Below are positions 13,872 through 28,827 of a stretch of DNA of 64,000 bases, piece by piece. The stretch comes from Octopus sinensis (taxonomy: Eukaryota), in the NCBI RefSeq assembly GCF_006345805.1, contig NC_043003.1, forward strand, positions 40,610,001 to 40,674,000, given 5' to 3'. The position numbers and the translations under genes are program-made. The notes beneath the pieces are model-generated. The model did not search any database, was not told the DNA's origin, and saw nothing but the letters and a program-made list of their open reading frames with translations. Numbering within the stretch: the stretch's first letter is position 1; each line of letters begins with the position of its first letter.

Positions 13872-13983
<112 letters not shown>

Positions 13984-14529
13984 AATCTTTCTGTCTTTCT
14001 GTTTGCCTTTCTATTAATAAAACGAAGTAGAAATCAATGAAAATACAATACAAGAAACTCTGAAATCACTCTTTTCCTGTTATTTACTAACCAATTAAAT
14101 TACTAAACAACGTTGCTATTTCTGTCACTGTTTTGAACTCGTATGCCCTAGTTCCGTACGGCGCTTTTATTGGAAGACAGCAAAGCTCACAGTTTGTAAG
14201 AATGCAGTTCTTTCTGTCTTATGTATTTGTTTCTTATATGTATTTGTACATACATACATATGTGTGCGTGTATGTGTATTTGTGCGCGTGTGTGCGTGTG
14301 TGCGTGTGTGTGTTGTGCATGTGTGTTGCATATGTATGTATATATGTATGAATACATATAGAAAAGTATGTACGTTTGAATGCCTGTATAAACATACGTG
14401 AGGACAAACACATATACATAATTACTTACATAAGCGCACACACACACGTATTGCGAACTTATCTACAAGCAAGAAATAAACATTCTCCTCCTATTTTTTT
14501 TACTTGTTTCAATCATTAGACCGCGGCCA

Positions 14530-14800
14530 GTAACTGGTTACGGAGTTGCACACACGATAGGGAGATCGTGGTTTCGATTCCCGGACCGTATGGTGCGATG
14601 TGTTCTTAAGCAAAAAACGTCACATCACGTTGCTGTGCAATTACTTTCACATCCGACCTGTTGCTCACTCTGCTCTGTGATGGGAGTAACCTAATGATCA
14701 ACGCAAACATATGGTCATTTAAACTACAGGCTATCACTTCCCGCTGTTCATCGTGAAATTGCCGAAGGTTGTTTACGACGGGAAAGTCAGCCACAGCCAC
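14530..14800 (+). mobile_element. Third tRNA-derived SINE (family C), diverged
   Basis: B-box-like GGTTTCGATTCCC followed by a CORE-like tgtgttcttaagcaa segment; the 3' end is approximate. Confidence 0.5.
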
Positions 14801-14849
14801 ACACACATATAATTCGTTTTTTGTATCTGGTTTGCAAGATTCTTCATGT

Positions 14850-14885
<36 letters not shown>

Positions 14886-17001
14886 CACACACACACACAC
14901 ACAGATATATATATATATATATACTTCGTCTTGCAAAATTTGATTGAAGTGTAGGTTACACTACAGTATTTGACTATTCTATTAAGATTTGAGATTTAAG
15001 ATTGATAGAATAAGAGATGAATGTCCATACAATTACTAATAATAATTGTAATGATATTTTTTATGGCCTAAAGGCCTCATTCCTTGAGAGGATTCTAAAA
15101 AGCGGAATTAGAACATCTTGTTGTAGGGATTTACATTGAGGGAATATGCAAAATCAATAATGTTTATGAAGTTACACTCATAATAATGACCCAGATAATA
15201 CACATAAAGGTGGATCCTCAAAATTGTAGGCAACCACAAAATGTGTGCGGGACACACCACACAAAATGGCGTATTGACCTGACCTACCAAAAATAAGCAC
15301 TAGGTTTTCTCGCTCGACTTAAACCGTGTAAGTAGCCTAATTAGTCACGTGAAAATTGCTACACTGATCCACCGTTCACAAAATTACTGTGGTACTGAAA
15401 CGTCTCTATCCATAGTTTTGAAGAAATTGATGGTGACTTGACCCGAGAGGAAAAGTTCTGCCCTAACATTTTTCGATTGCACCCCACCCACACTTACTTT
15501 GTTTTTCAGAATCATCGGCCATAGAAAGTAATTTCCTTTAGTTTTGTTTCCTTTTCCCCATAATGATTTTTTTGTCAGCCCCATTTGCCTTATTTTAATA
15601 TAATATAATTAATATAATATAATTAATATAATTAATGTAGCTGTGATTGATTTCACGAAGGTTTACAACACAATTGTAATTGATATTTGCTATTTTATAT
15701 AAACACTCTCATTTGTAACCCATTTATATGATAAATTTTACATAATGTAAGTTTCCACACAGGAAGAAGTACTGGGGCCAGTAAATATTTTCAGGACCTC
15801 CATGACTGATGACTAAAATGGAAGAAATTACCCTGAAACCAGAAAACAATTTTGAGTGTCCGCAGCAAAATAGACACTGTAAAACCTAGCGAAAATTAAA
15901 TATATAGCCCAAGAATATGACGACCATTCCGATGGGCTTTCACACAGATTACCTCAGAAATCTTTGGTAGACGTAAGACTACAGTAGTAGACAACGAAAC
16001 AAGATGAATGCCATACAATAAGATGGCATCAAAAAGTTATATAAATTAAAATCAAACTTTTTAACCTCGCAGTTACGTCGATGTCAGTGGTTTCATTGTT
16101 GATTGGCCACATGTTAGTCCTTATATAAGAGAAATTATTTTATTCAAATGTGATCATCCCGACCTTTATTCTTCAAATGCAGACATTATTCCATTAACTG
16201 GTGTCTTCTTTCTTTCTTAATGCAGTGCAGAAGAGTGATGTATAATTTTTAAGAGACTTCACTTATTCAACATTGAATAGTAATTAAATAAAATTATTAA
16301 ATGCCTTAATCTGATGTTGAAAGATTGGGAAGTATACGAAACCATTACAGAAAGTTGTGAAGATAATTAATGGATACCCTTGAAATATGTATGCATACAC
16401 ACATATCCATACTCATGCATTAATACGTATATAGGTATTTGTGTATCTAATTGTGATCTACTCAAGAACGTTGAGTAGATCAACTAAGAAACCTCTCATA
16501 TTTATTGTAAATTTGATGTTTTAACTGAGTATTAAACGTTGACATGCTATAAGTACAGTTAGAGAATAACATATCCAAACATAATTCCTACTCCTGAAGG
16601 AAGGAGTTGAAACATACTGCATTGTAAAAAAAAGGGGGAGATTCTAGATAATAAAATCTTTTATCGATGCAAACTTCTCTAACACGGATCTATAGTGTAA
16701 CAATATAAATATTTAATATCTAATACTTGTTCGACAGAATTATCAAATATTAAAAGAAATAATAAAAAAGGATCTATTTGAAATGAATTCGCAATTTTCT
16801 TTTTAGTGTTTTTTTTGTATACACACATCGATTTTTTTGAATGTGTAAGTTATATTATATTATAAAATGTAAAATAAAATGATTTATTACATATTTTGTA
16901 AAAAAAACACAACTTTTTTAATTACAATCTTGACATTTAATAAGTTATTGATATATTTATACGTATACATGAATATATATATATACATACATACATACAC
17001 A

Positions 17002-17066
<65 letters not shown>

Positions 17067-17774
17067 ATATATATATGTATGTATATATATGGACCACAAG
17101 CAAAGGGAGACACACATTCATTCCTTTATATTGTCTTGAGAAGTATTCTGTGGACAAAAACGCCGTTGCTTAGAGCCTATTAACGGAAGTGCTTGTAAAA
17201 TTTATGATTGCAAGTGTCACAGGGAGAACTTGTGGCACTCATGCAGTTCAAGCATGACAAGGTATATATATTCACCCATTTTAGCATAATCCTTCATTGA
17301 TGTACCACGACAGACACACAACCACGTTTACACTCACGTTTTCAGCCTTGTTTGCGCACACATACACACACACATGCTCACACACACGCATACACACACA
17401 CAGAGATACGCATAAATAAACATTCATGCACACACACACACATACATACATACATACATACATGCATATATGCATACTTGCATAGGTACATGCGTATGTA
17501 TATAATTCTGGTTTACTCAATTGGTTAAGAAGTTCGTTTCGCAATCACATCACGAAGCTGCATCTCATCATGCGACTTCAAATCGACCAAGGCTTGTGAA
17601 AGAAATTGAATACATACACACATGCATACATATCCGGTTCTATGGAAAAAGCGCTAAAGAAATTGACAGGGATTCTTCAAATCAAATTTATTTGTGCCTC
17701 AGTGAAGATATGTAAGACATTCCAAACATTCCCCATCTGAGATTCTTACGTAAATAGATGAACACTTTTGGGTG

Positions 17775-17926
17775 AACATTACTTACATTATTTACAACTG
17801 ATGGATATTTGTCCTCATCTTGTTTGTTGTTAACACAACGTTTCGGATGATATATGCTCCAGCTTTCATCAGGTGTCTTAGGAAATTTCGAACCTGGGTT
17901 CTCATTCTTAAGGTATTTTTCGATGA

Positions 17927-17957
<31 letters not shown>

Positions 17958-17977
17958 GGTATTATTATTATTATTAC

Positions 17978-18056
<79 letters not shown>

Positions 18057-18142
18057 ATTATTATTATTATTCACTAGTTGGAATCGAACTTGGAATCTTG
18101 GGGGTTAATAGCCCGCAGTCTTAACCCCTACGCCATATGCCC
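17775..18142 (-). mobile_element. tRNA-head/(AAT)n/HHR pLTR module, left arm of head-to-head dimer
   Basis: Reverse-complement match to 18145-18480; HHR motif 17832-17877 with damaged stem II. Confidence 0.9.
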
Positions 18143-18144
18143 AC

Positions 18145-18224
18145 GGGCATATGGCGTAGTGGCTAAGATCTCGAGCTACAAATCCCCACGATTCCGAGTT
18201 CGATTCCAGGTAGTGACCTGAATA

Positions 18225-18276
<52 letters not shown>

Positions 18277-18480
18277 TAATAATAATAATAATATCAACAT
18301 CGAAAAATACCTTAGGAGTAAGAACCCGGGTTCGAAATTTCCCCAAGACACCTGATGAAGGCTGTATGGTAAATCAGCCGAAACGTTGAGTTAACAACAA
18401 ACAAGATGAGAACAAATATCCGTCAATTGTAAATAATGTAAATAATGTACATCTTTCCTCATATCTTAAATATAGAACTG
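18145..18480 (+). mobile_element. tRNA-head/(AAT)n/HHR pLTR module, right arm
   Basis: A box TGGCGTAGTGG 18152-18162, B box GAGTTCGATTCC 18196-18207, (AAT)n, HHR 18347-18392, terminus TCTTAAATATAGAACTG. Confidence 0.9.
18347..18392 (+). ncRNA. Minimal type-I hammerhead ribozyme motif (family P1)
   Basis: GACAC-CTGATGA-A-GGCTG(loop)CAGCC-GAAA-CG-T-T-GAGTT; stem III is the ACGT palindrome; one mismatch in stem I. Confidence 0.75.
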
Positions 18481-18702
18481 AAAAAAGAAATGTTAAAAAT
18501 AGAACGACATTTGGGTGAATGCATCGAGAGTTCAACCAATACACCAACTCGACCACTTATTTACAAACACTGGGAACTCTTAACTCAAATAGCCTTATCA
18601 CTTCCGTAGACACTGGCTTCAACTCTCTTCAGGAGAACTTAAGTAAATCTAAAAAAAAAAAATATATGCACATATATACATGCATGCTTACATTCATACC
18701 TA

Positions 18703-19095
18703 CTTTTATTCTTTTATGTGCTTCCGTCAGTTGACTGCAGACATGCTGGAGCACCGCATTTAGTCGAACAAATCGACCCCAGGACTTAATTTTTGTAAGT
18801 TTAGAACTTATTCTATCCGTCTCTTTTTGTCGAACCACTAAGATACACCAACATCTGCTGCCAAGCAATGATGGTGGTACAAATACAGACGCACAAAGAC
18901 ACACACACACATACACACACACACACATACACAGTGGGCTTCTTTTAGTTTCTCTTTACCAAATCCACTCACAATGCTTTGGTCGGCACGAGGCTATAGT
19001 AGAAGACACTTACCCAAGGTACCACGCAGTGGGACTGAACCTGGAACCATGTGGTTGGGAAGCAAGCTACTTACTACACAGCCTCTCCTACGCCT
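18703..19095 (-). mobile_element. SINE family A
   Basis: Near full-length reverse-complement match. Confidence 0.9.
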
Positions 19096-19861
19096 ACATA
19101 CATATCTAATACTATAAATGATCACATTATCTGGGACTATAAAAAGTTTGCAAGACCTTAAGATTTATATGCATATATATTATATATGTATGTATTCACG
19201 TGTGTGTATGTGATGTGTGTATGTGTGCGTGTGTGTATGCGCGTTTGTGTGTTATGTTATAACATAACAGATACGTAAATTGGAATTCACAATGCCTTTG
19301 TTTTGGCACTATGCTTGTTGGGAGGACAACTGTTGAAAGAATAAGAAGCATTCTAAAGATTTATGCCAAGTTGTACGGATGGATATGTGTGCGTGTGTGT
19401 GTGCGCGCTTGTGTATATATTTATACATATAGATACGCCCGCGCGCGCACATATACACCATGCGGATGCATATCGTTGCTATTATGTTAAACTATCGTAT
19501 ATCCTAATTTGGCCAAAAACTTTGTTTTCAATATTTAAATTTTGCTTTCAATAGCCGGTCCTTTTGGTCAAACTATCGTATCTTCAGATATCTGCTTCAG
19601 ATGAAAATTGTCGAAGTGTAGTAAGACGGTCTAGCATTTTTCAAAAGAGTAGTAAGCCCCACATACAACAGTTTTGCAAATATATTTCTGACTGAAAATA
19701 TCATACATGCATGGACTTACGATCTTACGCACCCAACAAAGTATTATTGTTAAGCTGAAACTGTTGCTTAAATGGAATGGTGAAACTAGCTTTTCGTTTT
19801 CTGAAAGAGCAACGTTTTGGACTGACGACACTTTTGCATAATAGTAACGATGTACATCTAT

Positions 19862-20445
19862 TATCTTTTATTTGTCTCAGTCATTGTAGTACGGCTATGC
19901 TGGGGCAGCAGCTTAAAGGGTTTCATCCAAAAATTAGTACACAACTTATTTTTTTAAGCTTGGTGTCTCGTAAACCCAACCGCCACATTACGGGGACATA
20001 AACAAACCACTACTCGGTTGACAAGCAGGAGCAAGAGACAAACGCTAACCCAAACACAGACATTGATACATACATACATACAATATATACATACATACCT
20101 ACATACATACATACATACACATACATAAACTCATATATACATACAATGGGCTTCTTTCAGTTTCTCTCCAGCAAATCAACCCACAAGACATTGGTCGGCC
20201 AGTGGTTATAACAGAGAAAACTTACCCAAGTTATCCCGCAGGGAGACTGAACCCAGAAGCTTGTAATTGGGAAGCAATCTCCTTCCCAAACAGCCATGCC
20301 TGAGCCGAATGCAGAGGGTAGATTAAAATTTCCCATAAACTATCTGCGTGGAATCTTGGGCACGTATCTTCTATAAAAATAGCCTCGTACCGACTAAAGC
20401 CTTCTGAGTGCATTTAGTGGACGAAAACTGAAAGAAGCCCGACAT
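19862..20445. mobile_element. Diverged SINE A (-) at 19862-20302 plus partial SINE A (+) at 20345-20445
   Basis: Recognisable family A motifs in both orientations. Confidence 0.7.
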
Positions 20446-20899
20446 ATAAATACGTATATACATACATACATAAATACATACATATATACATACATACATA
20501 CATATATATAGAGAGAGAAAGAGAGAGAGAGAGAGAGTGAGAGAGTGAGAGAGAGAGAGAGAGATATATGTATATATATATCTATATATATATATGTATG
20601 TATATATTTATAACATATATACATGTATATATATATGTATACCTTTATATATATATATATATATGTATGTTTTATACATATAATAATATATAATACATAT
20701 ACTAAATATATAATAATGTACTGACATGTATAGACTCACAAACACAAACAACGCCGACACACAAACACACACGCACACACACATATATACACACGCTCAC
20801 ACACACATAGACGCGTATGCCTACTAATGCCAGTGTTCGTGTGAGGGAGTATGTGCGATGCAAAATGATTTAACGAAAAGGAAAAGTAGATAATGATTA

Positions 20900-21240
20900 T
20901 TATCTTTCAATTTTCGGGACAGAATTTGATTATAGTTTTGATGATGATAATGATGGTGGTAATGGTGGTAGAGGTGGTGGTGGTGGGTGGTGATGTGAAA
21001 TGTGATGGTGAAGATAATGAAAATCTAGGTGGCTATGACGGTGCTAAACATCATGCTGCTAGTGACGATGGTGTTCTGTGTTTATTGTTCGTGGTTGTGG
21101 CAAAGAAAGATGTTAAGATGGTTCGGGTGCGAGAGGGAAGCATTTGATGTCTTTTGGTATGACTGAAAGAAATAAGCGGCTATTTTTGATGTGGCTTTTG
21201 TCGTTATACGCTTGACGACGACGACGAGGACGAAGATGGC

Positions 21241-21290
<50 letters not shown>

Positions 21291-21296
21291 GATGAC

Positions 21297-21331
<35 letters not shown>

Positions 21332-21537
21332 CGACGACGATGGCGAAGATGATGATGATGACGGTGGCAGTTGTGCTGTTGTTGACGATGTTGATGATGA
21401 TAACGATTAAGAAGGATAAGAATAAGAAGATGCAGGAGAAAGAGATGAAGAAGAGAAAGAAGAAGAGAGAAAAAAGAAGAAGAAAGGACGAAGATAAGGA
21501 AGATAATGATGAAGATGATGATGATGATGATGAAGAA

Positions 21538-21572
<35 letters not shown>

Positions 21573-22020
21573 AGAGAAGAAGCAGAGAAGAAAAGAAGAG
21601 AAGAGAAGAAGAAGGGAAGAAGAAGAAGAAGAAGAAGAAGAAGAAGAAGAAGAAGAAGAAGAAAGGAAGAACATAAAGAAAGTAATGATGTTGGAGAAGA
21701 AGAAGCAGAAGAAAGGAAGAAGAAAAAGAAGAACGGAAGAAAAGGTAGAAGAAGAAATTGATCAGAGCGATGATGGTAATGTGATAATGCTGATGATGTC
21801 AATGATGATGATGATAATGATCATGATGACGAGTACGATGATGATGATGGAGATGAAGGCGAGGACGGCTCGAAAGTGATGATGATGTCAATGAAAATGA
21901 TGATGGCGATGATAAAGATGATGATGGCGATGATGAAGAGGATGATAATGTTGGTGAAGATGAAGGATGATGATGATGACAATGCTCGATTTATGAAAGA
22001 GGCGGAAGACGGCGGCGAGT
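20900..22020. repeat. Compound trinucleotide field (GGT/GAT/GAC/GAA); similar fields at about 49000-49560, 53200-53400, 59575-60285
   Basis: Direct reading; source of the poly-M/E/S/L ORFs. Confidence 0.9.
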
Positions 22021-22764
22021 GATGGAAATGGTGGCGATTGTCTGTATGTTTATAGCGGCAGAGAAACTTGTAAAAGAGGAGCGCCCTCAGCCACACGCCC
22101 TGCCAACCCCCAGCCCCATACACACCGTAACCCTCCATCCTAACGATAACAAAGCAAAAGCTGAAAAGTTGATTAATTTCACAGATATGAAGTAATTTTG
22201 TTTTGTGTTTACAGAGATTCGCTTGATTTATAGTAAATGGACTTCCATTGTGATTCATGGACGCCCCACATCACTACCTAGAGGCAACCAGTGCCACACA
22301 TGCGAACACGCACACACACACACGCAGTCACACATACAAAACTCACTCACACACACAAACACACACACACGCACATACTAATACGCAAACAAAAAGATAG
22401 GCTTGTACATAATTTTACATGTATTTACTTCAATATATCTTTGTGCTGTGTGCGTGCGTGTGTATACGCATGTATGCATATATATATAAATGTGTATGTG
22501 TGTGTGTGCGTGTGTGTTTTTGTGTATACAATTATACATATATGTCTATATACGCACACATATATATTGATATATATCTATATTGGATTTTAATGTATGA
22601 ATATGCATATATATATATATATTTGTTTATGTGTGCTGTATGAACATGTATACACACAACATACACACACACACACACATAAATGTATGCATTTGAATGC
22701 ATGCAGATATGTATACATTTAAATGTATGCTGTAATATATGTGTATATATATAATATTTTTATT

Positions 22765-22804
<40 letters not shown>

Positions 22805-22931
22805 ATATATTATATACATATATATTCATACAAACACATATTTAATCTATTATTCAGATGCACAAACATTCATACTTACATACTTATTTACCCCTCCCAT
22901 GTGTATTATATATATTATATATATATAAATA

Positions 22932-22972
<41 letters not shown>

Positions 22973-23275
22973 CATGTATATGCATATATTCAATAATTCA
23001 TACGTCAGCAACATGTACACATATATCATCACAACGATCAGTGGCATACCTACGCAATCACACACATAATTACTCTTGCACAGACAACGACACACTTTCA
23101 CATACGAGTAAAAGTGTATACATGTGTATATATCTGTGCGTATTTCAATATGTATATCTCTTTCGCCTCCTCTCGCACCCCCTATCTCAGTGTATATACA
23201 TCATATATACATATGTGTACATATATTTGTTGTATTATAATTAATATATGTATATATTTTTATATGTATGTATCA

Positions 23276-23330
<55 letters not shown>

Positions 23331-23927
23331 ATACACAATATTATTGGATGTGTACATATATGGGCATAAATAAAACAGACAGTGTATAATTTTTTAAACC
23401 GGTATGTTTTAAGAAGATTATTCATTTTGTTTCATTCTCATTCACATGTACATTTGCATGTTGCTATGGAGGAATGAAGTACATGCGCATGTGATTGTAT
23501 TTATATAAACAGAGAAGCACGTGTCATATAAACGTGTGTGCATGCATGCACACACGCCCGTGCACACATTCACACACACATACACACACGTACATGTAAA
23601 CAGAGAGAGGGATTGATCGATCGATCTATTGATTGCTTGATGGATGGATCGATGAATTGATGGATGTCTGAACGGGGAAGTGTGAAGGAGAGACTGGTTG
23701 TAAGCTTTAGGTCAGTTCAGTTATAGTTGGGATATTTTTCAACTTCTAAAGGCTATTTCAGCGCAGATTACCGTAGTAAAAAAATCTAAGAAACATCATT
23801 GTCATTTTAAAGCACACTCTGGGGACTGATATATGCATTTATAACTAATTAACTATCTTCAATGTCAGATACCTATTGAAACGACTCTGAGCTTACAAGA
23901 AAAGCTCTAGTTTCGCATTGAAGTCTG

Positions 23928-23967
<40 letters not shown>

Positions 23968-24689
23968 GTGTACATTTAAATACAAGAGAAAACTGCCTTC
24001 AAGAAGTAGTCAAAACGACCAAAACCACATTTAAGAGCAATCTTCAAAAGGAATGAAAAATATAAACTTTTACCTTGTTACTCTATTCCGGTCAGAGCTA
24101 GGTTTCTAAATTTTTTTAGCAAATAAAATAATTTGCTAGGCGACATTTTTTATCAGTGACCGCGCCATAACACTAACTTATAATTAAGAGACGATTAATA
24201 CGTATCTCTTCGTTTTGACTACTAAAATGACAGTATCTATAAAATAGTAGAAATATACTAACTTGTTCAACTGATGTTATTTATGAGAAAAAATAATTAT
24301 TACAGTTAATTATTGCATAACGAAAGAGAACGGCAAGTTTCTTAATTCTTAACCGTCAACAATAGAGTGAGACCTGTTCATTTACTCATAACATTCAATT
24401 TGTTTATTGTAATTTGTTTATTATAAAAGTTCATCGGATTTTGCAAGCTCTCTGTATAGTCGGACACCCTTAAACACCTTAAGCAATAGAGCATGGAGAA
24501 TCACTGTACTGGAATTATTAGCCTGGGTGCATTTAGCACGGAACCTAAGGAAATACAGGACCCATGCAATTATTCTGTACGCATTTAGAACGAGACCCAA
24601 GGTATTATAGAACCATGCAATGTGTTATCGTGCCAACGTGGTCTATCCAGCACCTCTTTCCCCTCTCCTCCGTGAGGCAGTGGCTCTCG

Positions 24690-25138
24690 TGGTTTCTGAT
24701 CTTAACTGATTGGAAGTGTTATCATGTACATTGTTTTATAAAAGATGGGCTACAGCAAATATTCAGATTTGCTTGTTAGTTGTTTAACCTTAACCAGCTT
24801 AACATGTACTTTAGTGGCTGACTCTAAATGTATCTGTCATCACGAGCAGAAGTAGTAGGCGAGCATATTGCCATGTGTTAAGAGGAATTCTTTGCAGTTT
24901 GAATAATTCGCCTCTGGAAACATGGGTGTTTCGTTCAACATCCTTAAACGACCCTTATTCAAGGACCTTTTGAGTTGGATGTGCTACTCGACCTGATCAA
25001 AATTCTGCGCTCCACCTGCAAGTTCATGCGCTGTTTATCTGGATATGAGATTACAATGTCGCGTACATATGGTTGTAATGTATAAGCCTAGTATATCTTT
25101 ATCAGACCGGTATTCATGATGGCTATACTGGGCTTCGT
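24690..25138. mobile_element. Unclassified interspersed repeat
   Basis: Recalled as a common octopus repeat; no second copy in this window to confirm. Confidence 0.35.
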
Positions 25139-25140
25139 AA

Positions 25141-25443
25141 GGTGAGGAAGAAAGAAAAGTCTAGAGATATGACAGGTTAGCTTGGGAGGTTAAGCAGTTG
25201 GGGTCGACAAAAAAGGTGATAGTAGTATCAATAATTGTCGGAGCCCTGGAATAGTGAGTAAAAGTCTCGAGAAGTACATGGAACAAATAGGGGCTGTAAT
25301 AAGGGTGGAGCACTTGCAGAAAACAGCATTGTTTGGAACTACTCGAATACTCCGAAAAGAGCTGGAAAAATAAGATGTGTTACTTAGTTCACTGGTAGTG
25401 AGCAGCTAACACTGTAGTACATCTCTAACATTAGAAGCTGCGC

Positions 25444-25474
<31 letters not shown>

Positions 25475-25528
25475 GTAGTAGTAGTAGTAATAATAATAAT
25501 AGTAATAATAATAATAATAATAATAATG

Positions 25529-25607
<79 letters not shown>

Positions 25608-25612
25608 CAACA
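25141..25612 (+). mobile_element. R4/Dong-like LINE 3' end with long (AAT)n tail
   Basis: RYDRLAWEVKQL...VIVVSIIVGAL / GIVSKSLEKY...LQKTALFGTTRILRKELEK*; short UTR; (AAT)n from 25444. Confidence 0.85.
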
Positions 25613-26233
25613 CACACTTCCTGAATCACATCAATGTATATAGTTCTGATGTATACACACACATCTTTATGTGTGTATACACATTCAAAGTAAGTTACAT
25701 CGTAATTATCGCTTAAATTATGATACATCGTATGCACTTGTTAATGCCAATAGTATACATATATATGTCTGCGCAATGAAGACCATTATTATTACTTCGT
25801 TCTTTTTGTTTGTTTGCAAATCCTTTTAACTACCTGGAATGTTCTCCTTTCTCTGTGATTTTCGCGTATGAAATATTTCGATATCTATCTACTTAGGAAA
25901 AACCAATTTGGACTATCTTCCTGCTTTCTGCTTAATTATTATACACTTTTGCATAACATATTTACAGCTGCTTTGATGTAATAGATAACTACAGTCCTTC
26001 GTTTATTTTATTGTTATTTTCTTTAGCTCGGCCGGTGAATTTCCTATACCTAAGTCTTGTTTATCTGGATTTCGTCGCCCATCATTTGACGATGGCTTTT
26101 AGGTACTTCATCTTGTCTGAACACCAGTCTGCTAGTCAGTCTGTATGTATTCTTCGTCGCCGTGTGACGAACTCTTATCCATTATATATATATATATATA
26201 TATAATATATATATATAATATATTTATATATAT

Positions 26234-26279
<46 letters not shown>

Positions 26280-26398
26280 ATGTATATATATATGTATGTA
26301 TGTATATATGTAAGTATGTATGTATGTATTAAGTGTATTTATGTATGTATGTATGTATGTATGTTTGTATGTATGTATATATTATATATATATATAAT

Positions 26399-26459
<61 letters not shown>

Positions 26460-27241
26460 TATGATTTGAAACGAATACGATTAATGGGATATACTGCTTA
26501 TACATAATTCTGCTTGTCTATTGATCAATGATTTTATATCGAAGACTTACAGAGTATAGCAACAGACAATCTACTGAAGTAAAACAAATATGAAATATGA
26601 AATATTAAGAATATGACGTTTAGAATCACTTGTTTATAAAGATAATTTAAGAAAACGAAAATATTTTCACGTGCTTTCCTTCCTTAGAAAAAAAAGGATG
26701 AACTAATTCTCAAATTGCATATGATGTATCGATTTTAGTGATTCAACCATTTTAGTGACAGGCTTTCACATACTCAACGATGTTTGTAGCTATTAGTATC
26801 CGCAGACGTTGGTTCTGTAAACAACACTGGTATACCACTTGTTCGTGACTAACTTGCCATTTCGATACATAGACATAAACACATATGCAGAAAATCACAC
26901 ACTCAAAAATACATAGACAACGAACACACGAAATATGGCTGATATTAAAGAAAAGGCTGTTGATGTAGAATTTATATGCCGTAAATATATCGGCGTGTAA
27001 GATCCACTCGCGCATAAGACACACCTGTATTTTACAAATTTCTTTTGTAGAAAAACAAATTCAGTATGGTTCGTCATATATTTACTGAAAGGTATCTTAA
27101 AGTGGTTTTATTTGAAAAATACATGATTCTCTCCATGTTGTATTGTGACTAGCTATAGTATGAAATAATAAATTCGTCATAAATATGCTATTTTGAGGTC
27201 TATAGTATCTCAGAATTCTTTTCGTTGAGACCTACTCTATA

Positions 27242-27470
27242 CAGTCGTGGCCCAAAGTTTGGAACATTTGTTTAAAAATTAGAATTGTTATGCACGAGTA
27301 CAATTTGATTTATATATAGCTTTGAGTATTTAATATAAAAATTCTAATATTCAGACCTGTTTCAAACTTTTGACCAAGTAATAATATACTGCAAATTAAA
27401 TATAACTTACGACATTTAATATAAAAATTCTAATATTCATACCTATGTTCCAAACTTTTGGCCACGAGTG
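27242..27470. mobile_element. Tc1-type MITE
   Basis: 25-bp TIRs (CAGTCGTGGCCCAAAGTTTGGAACA, 23/25 match) flanked by TA on both sides. Confidence 0.9.
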
Positions 27471-28827
27471 TAGTTGTTTATATTTTAGTAAAGAGAATTG
27501 TGACACAGGTTGGAAGACCTGGTATTTCCAGCTGTGATGTTTTATGAAACCGCTATTGTTCACCTGGCTGGCGCATCACCGCAAATAGCTGACAGGTTTG
27601 TGAAAATTTGTTTGCATTCTATTCATCTAACTAGGATAATTTTTCATTTATATAATCAAGAAATGTTTCTTAACTGTAACACAGTCAGTAAATAATGTAA
27701 GATATAGATCACTTGGTGATTATATACAGGAGAAAGAGGTATAATGAGATGATGTAACATCCCCACATATCAGATGATGAACTTTAAGCTGTTATTCCTA
27801 AGATTTTGGTAACAGACAGTGATAGTTTGGTAGGTTTTCACTATTTTTATCTTTAGTAACCTCTAATATACCTAGGAGACATATGATCATCCGGTTGACT
27901 AGCCGATGACACTCGGTCTCCCATTCGTAACACTTCTGCATTAGAAGCAGAGCAATGTTTTGATATTTCTAAAAATAAATGAAACGCGTCTTGTACGTAC
28001 GCCGGCAAATATGGTATCTAAATATGAAATGAAACAATAAAAAGAACTGAATTCCAAATTATTTCTATGTGCTTGTTTAACTATCCTTTTCTGTGGTTCT
28101 GAATTGGTATGAAGTTAATTATCTAAATACTTCGCATTTAAGCAACATAATTAATTGACTCTCTATTGTTAGAATAGATGTAATAATAGCACTATTGTTC
28201 TTTTATTAGAACTATTGTTATCTTGCAGTAGACTGTCGACGTAAAGTCAGGGAAAAAGCCAGTATATAAATACAGAGTAAACGTGAAACAGCCACTTGCT
28301 TATAACATCTAATTTGGTTACGTCTTTAAATGTGCATGGTGGGAGTAAACACACCAGGTATGTGAGGTACGGTGGAAGCGGGAATGTATTTAAATTTCGC
28401 GGGTTCTTTTCCAGAATTCATTGTATAAAAGTCATGTGAGTTTAATATGACAAAAAATGTAGGATTATAATCGGCAAAAAGGGGCATCATAATTTATGAT
28501 GAAGCAGAATAGTGGAAGTAGATACATTAGCCTTCACGCAATCTTGTCGGCTGTTATGGGCTGATTTACATACTTTTATACCCACAACTTATTGGCATTT
28601 CGTAAAAGATTACTTTAACTTACAGAACTGTCCAATAATTATGATTTAAAAACATAGTCCATTCACAATCATTACAGTTGTTTGGGACATTTTATCTAAG
28701 TGCACATTATTGAGAGATTAGGAGACGATAAGGATTTCTAGTTAGTTGTGAGACTGCTTGTTGGATTCCTGATTAATGCACTGGTAGAATCAGCGTGCGA
28801 TTCTTAAAGAATATGCGTAGTGAAGAT

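Noticed and set aside
15360-15405. CTGATCC...GAAACGTC
   Set aside because: The core is broken and the spacing is wrong.
18145-18220. tRNA gene (also 46026-46090)
   Set aside because: A and B boxes are present but the acceptor and anticodon stems do not pair properly, and it runs into a repeat body; treated as a tRNA-derived head.
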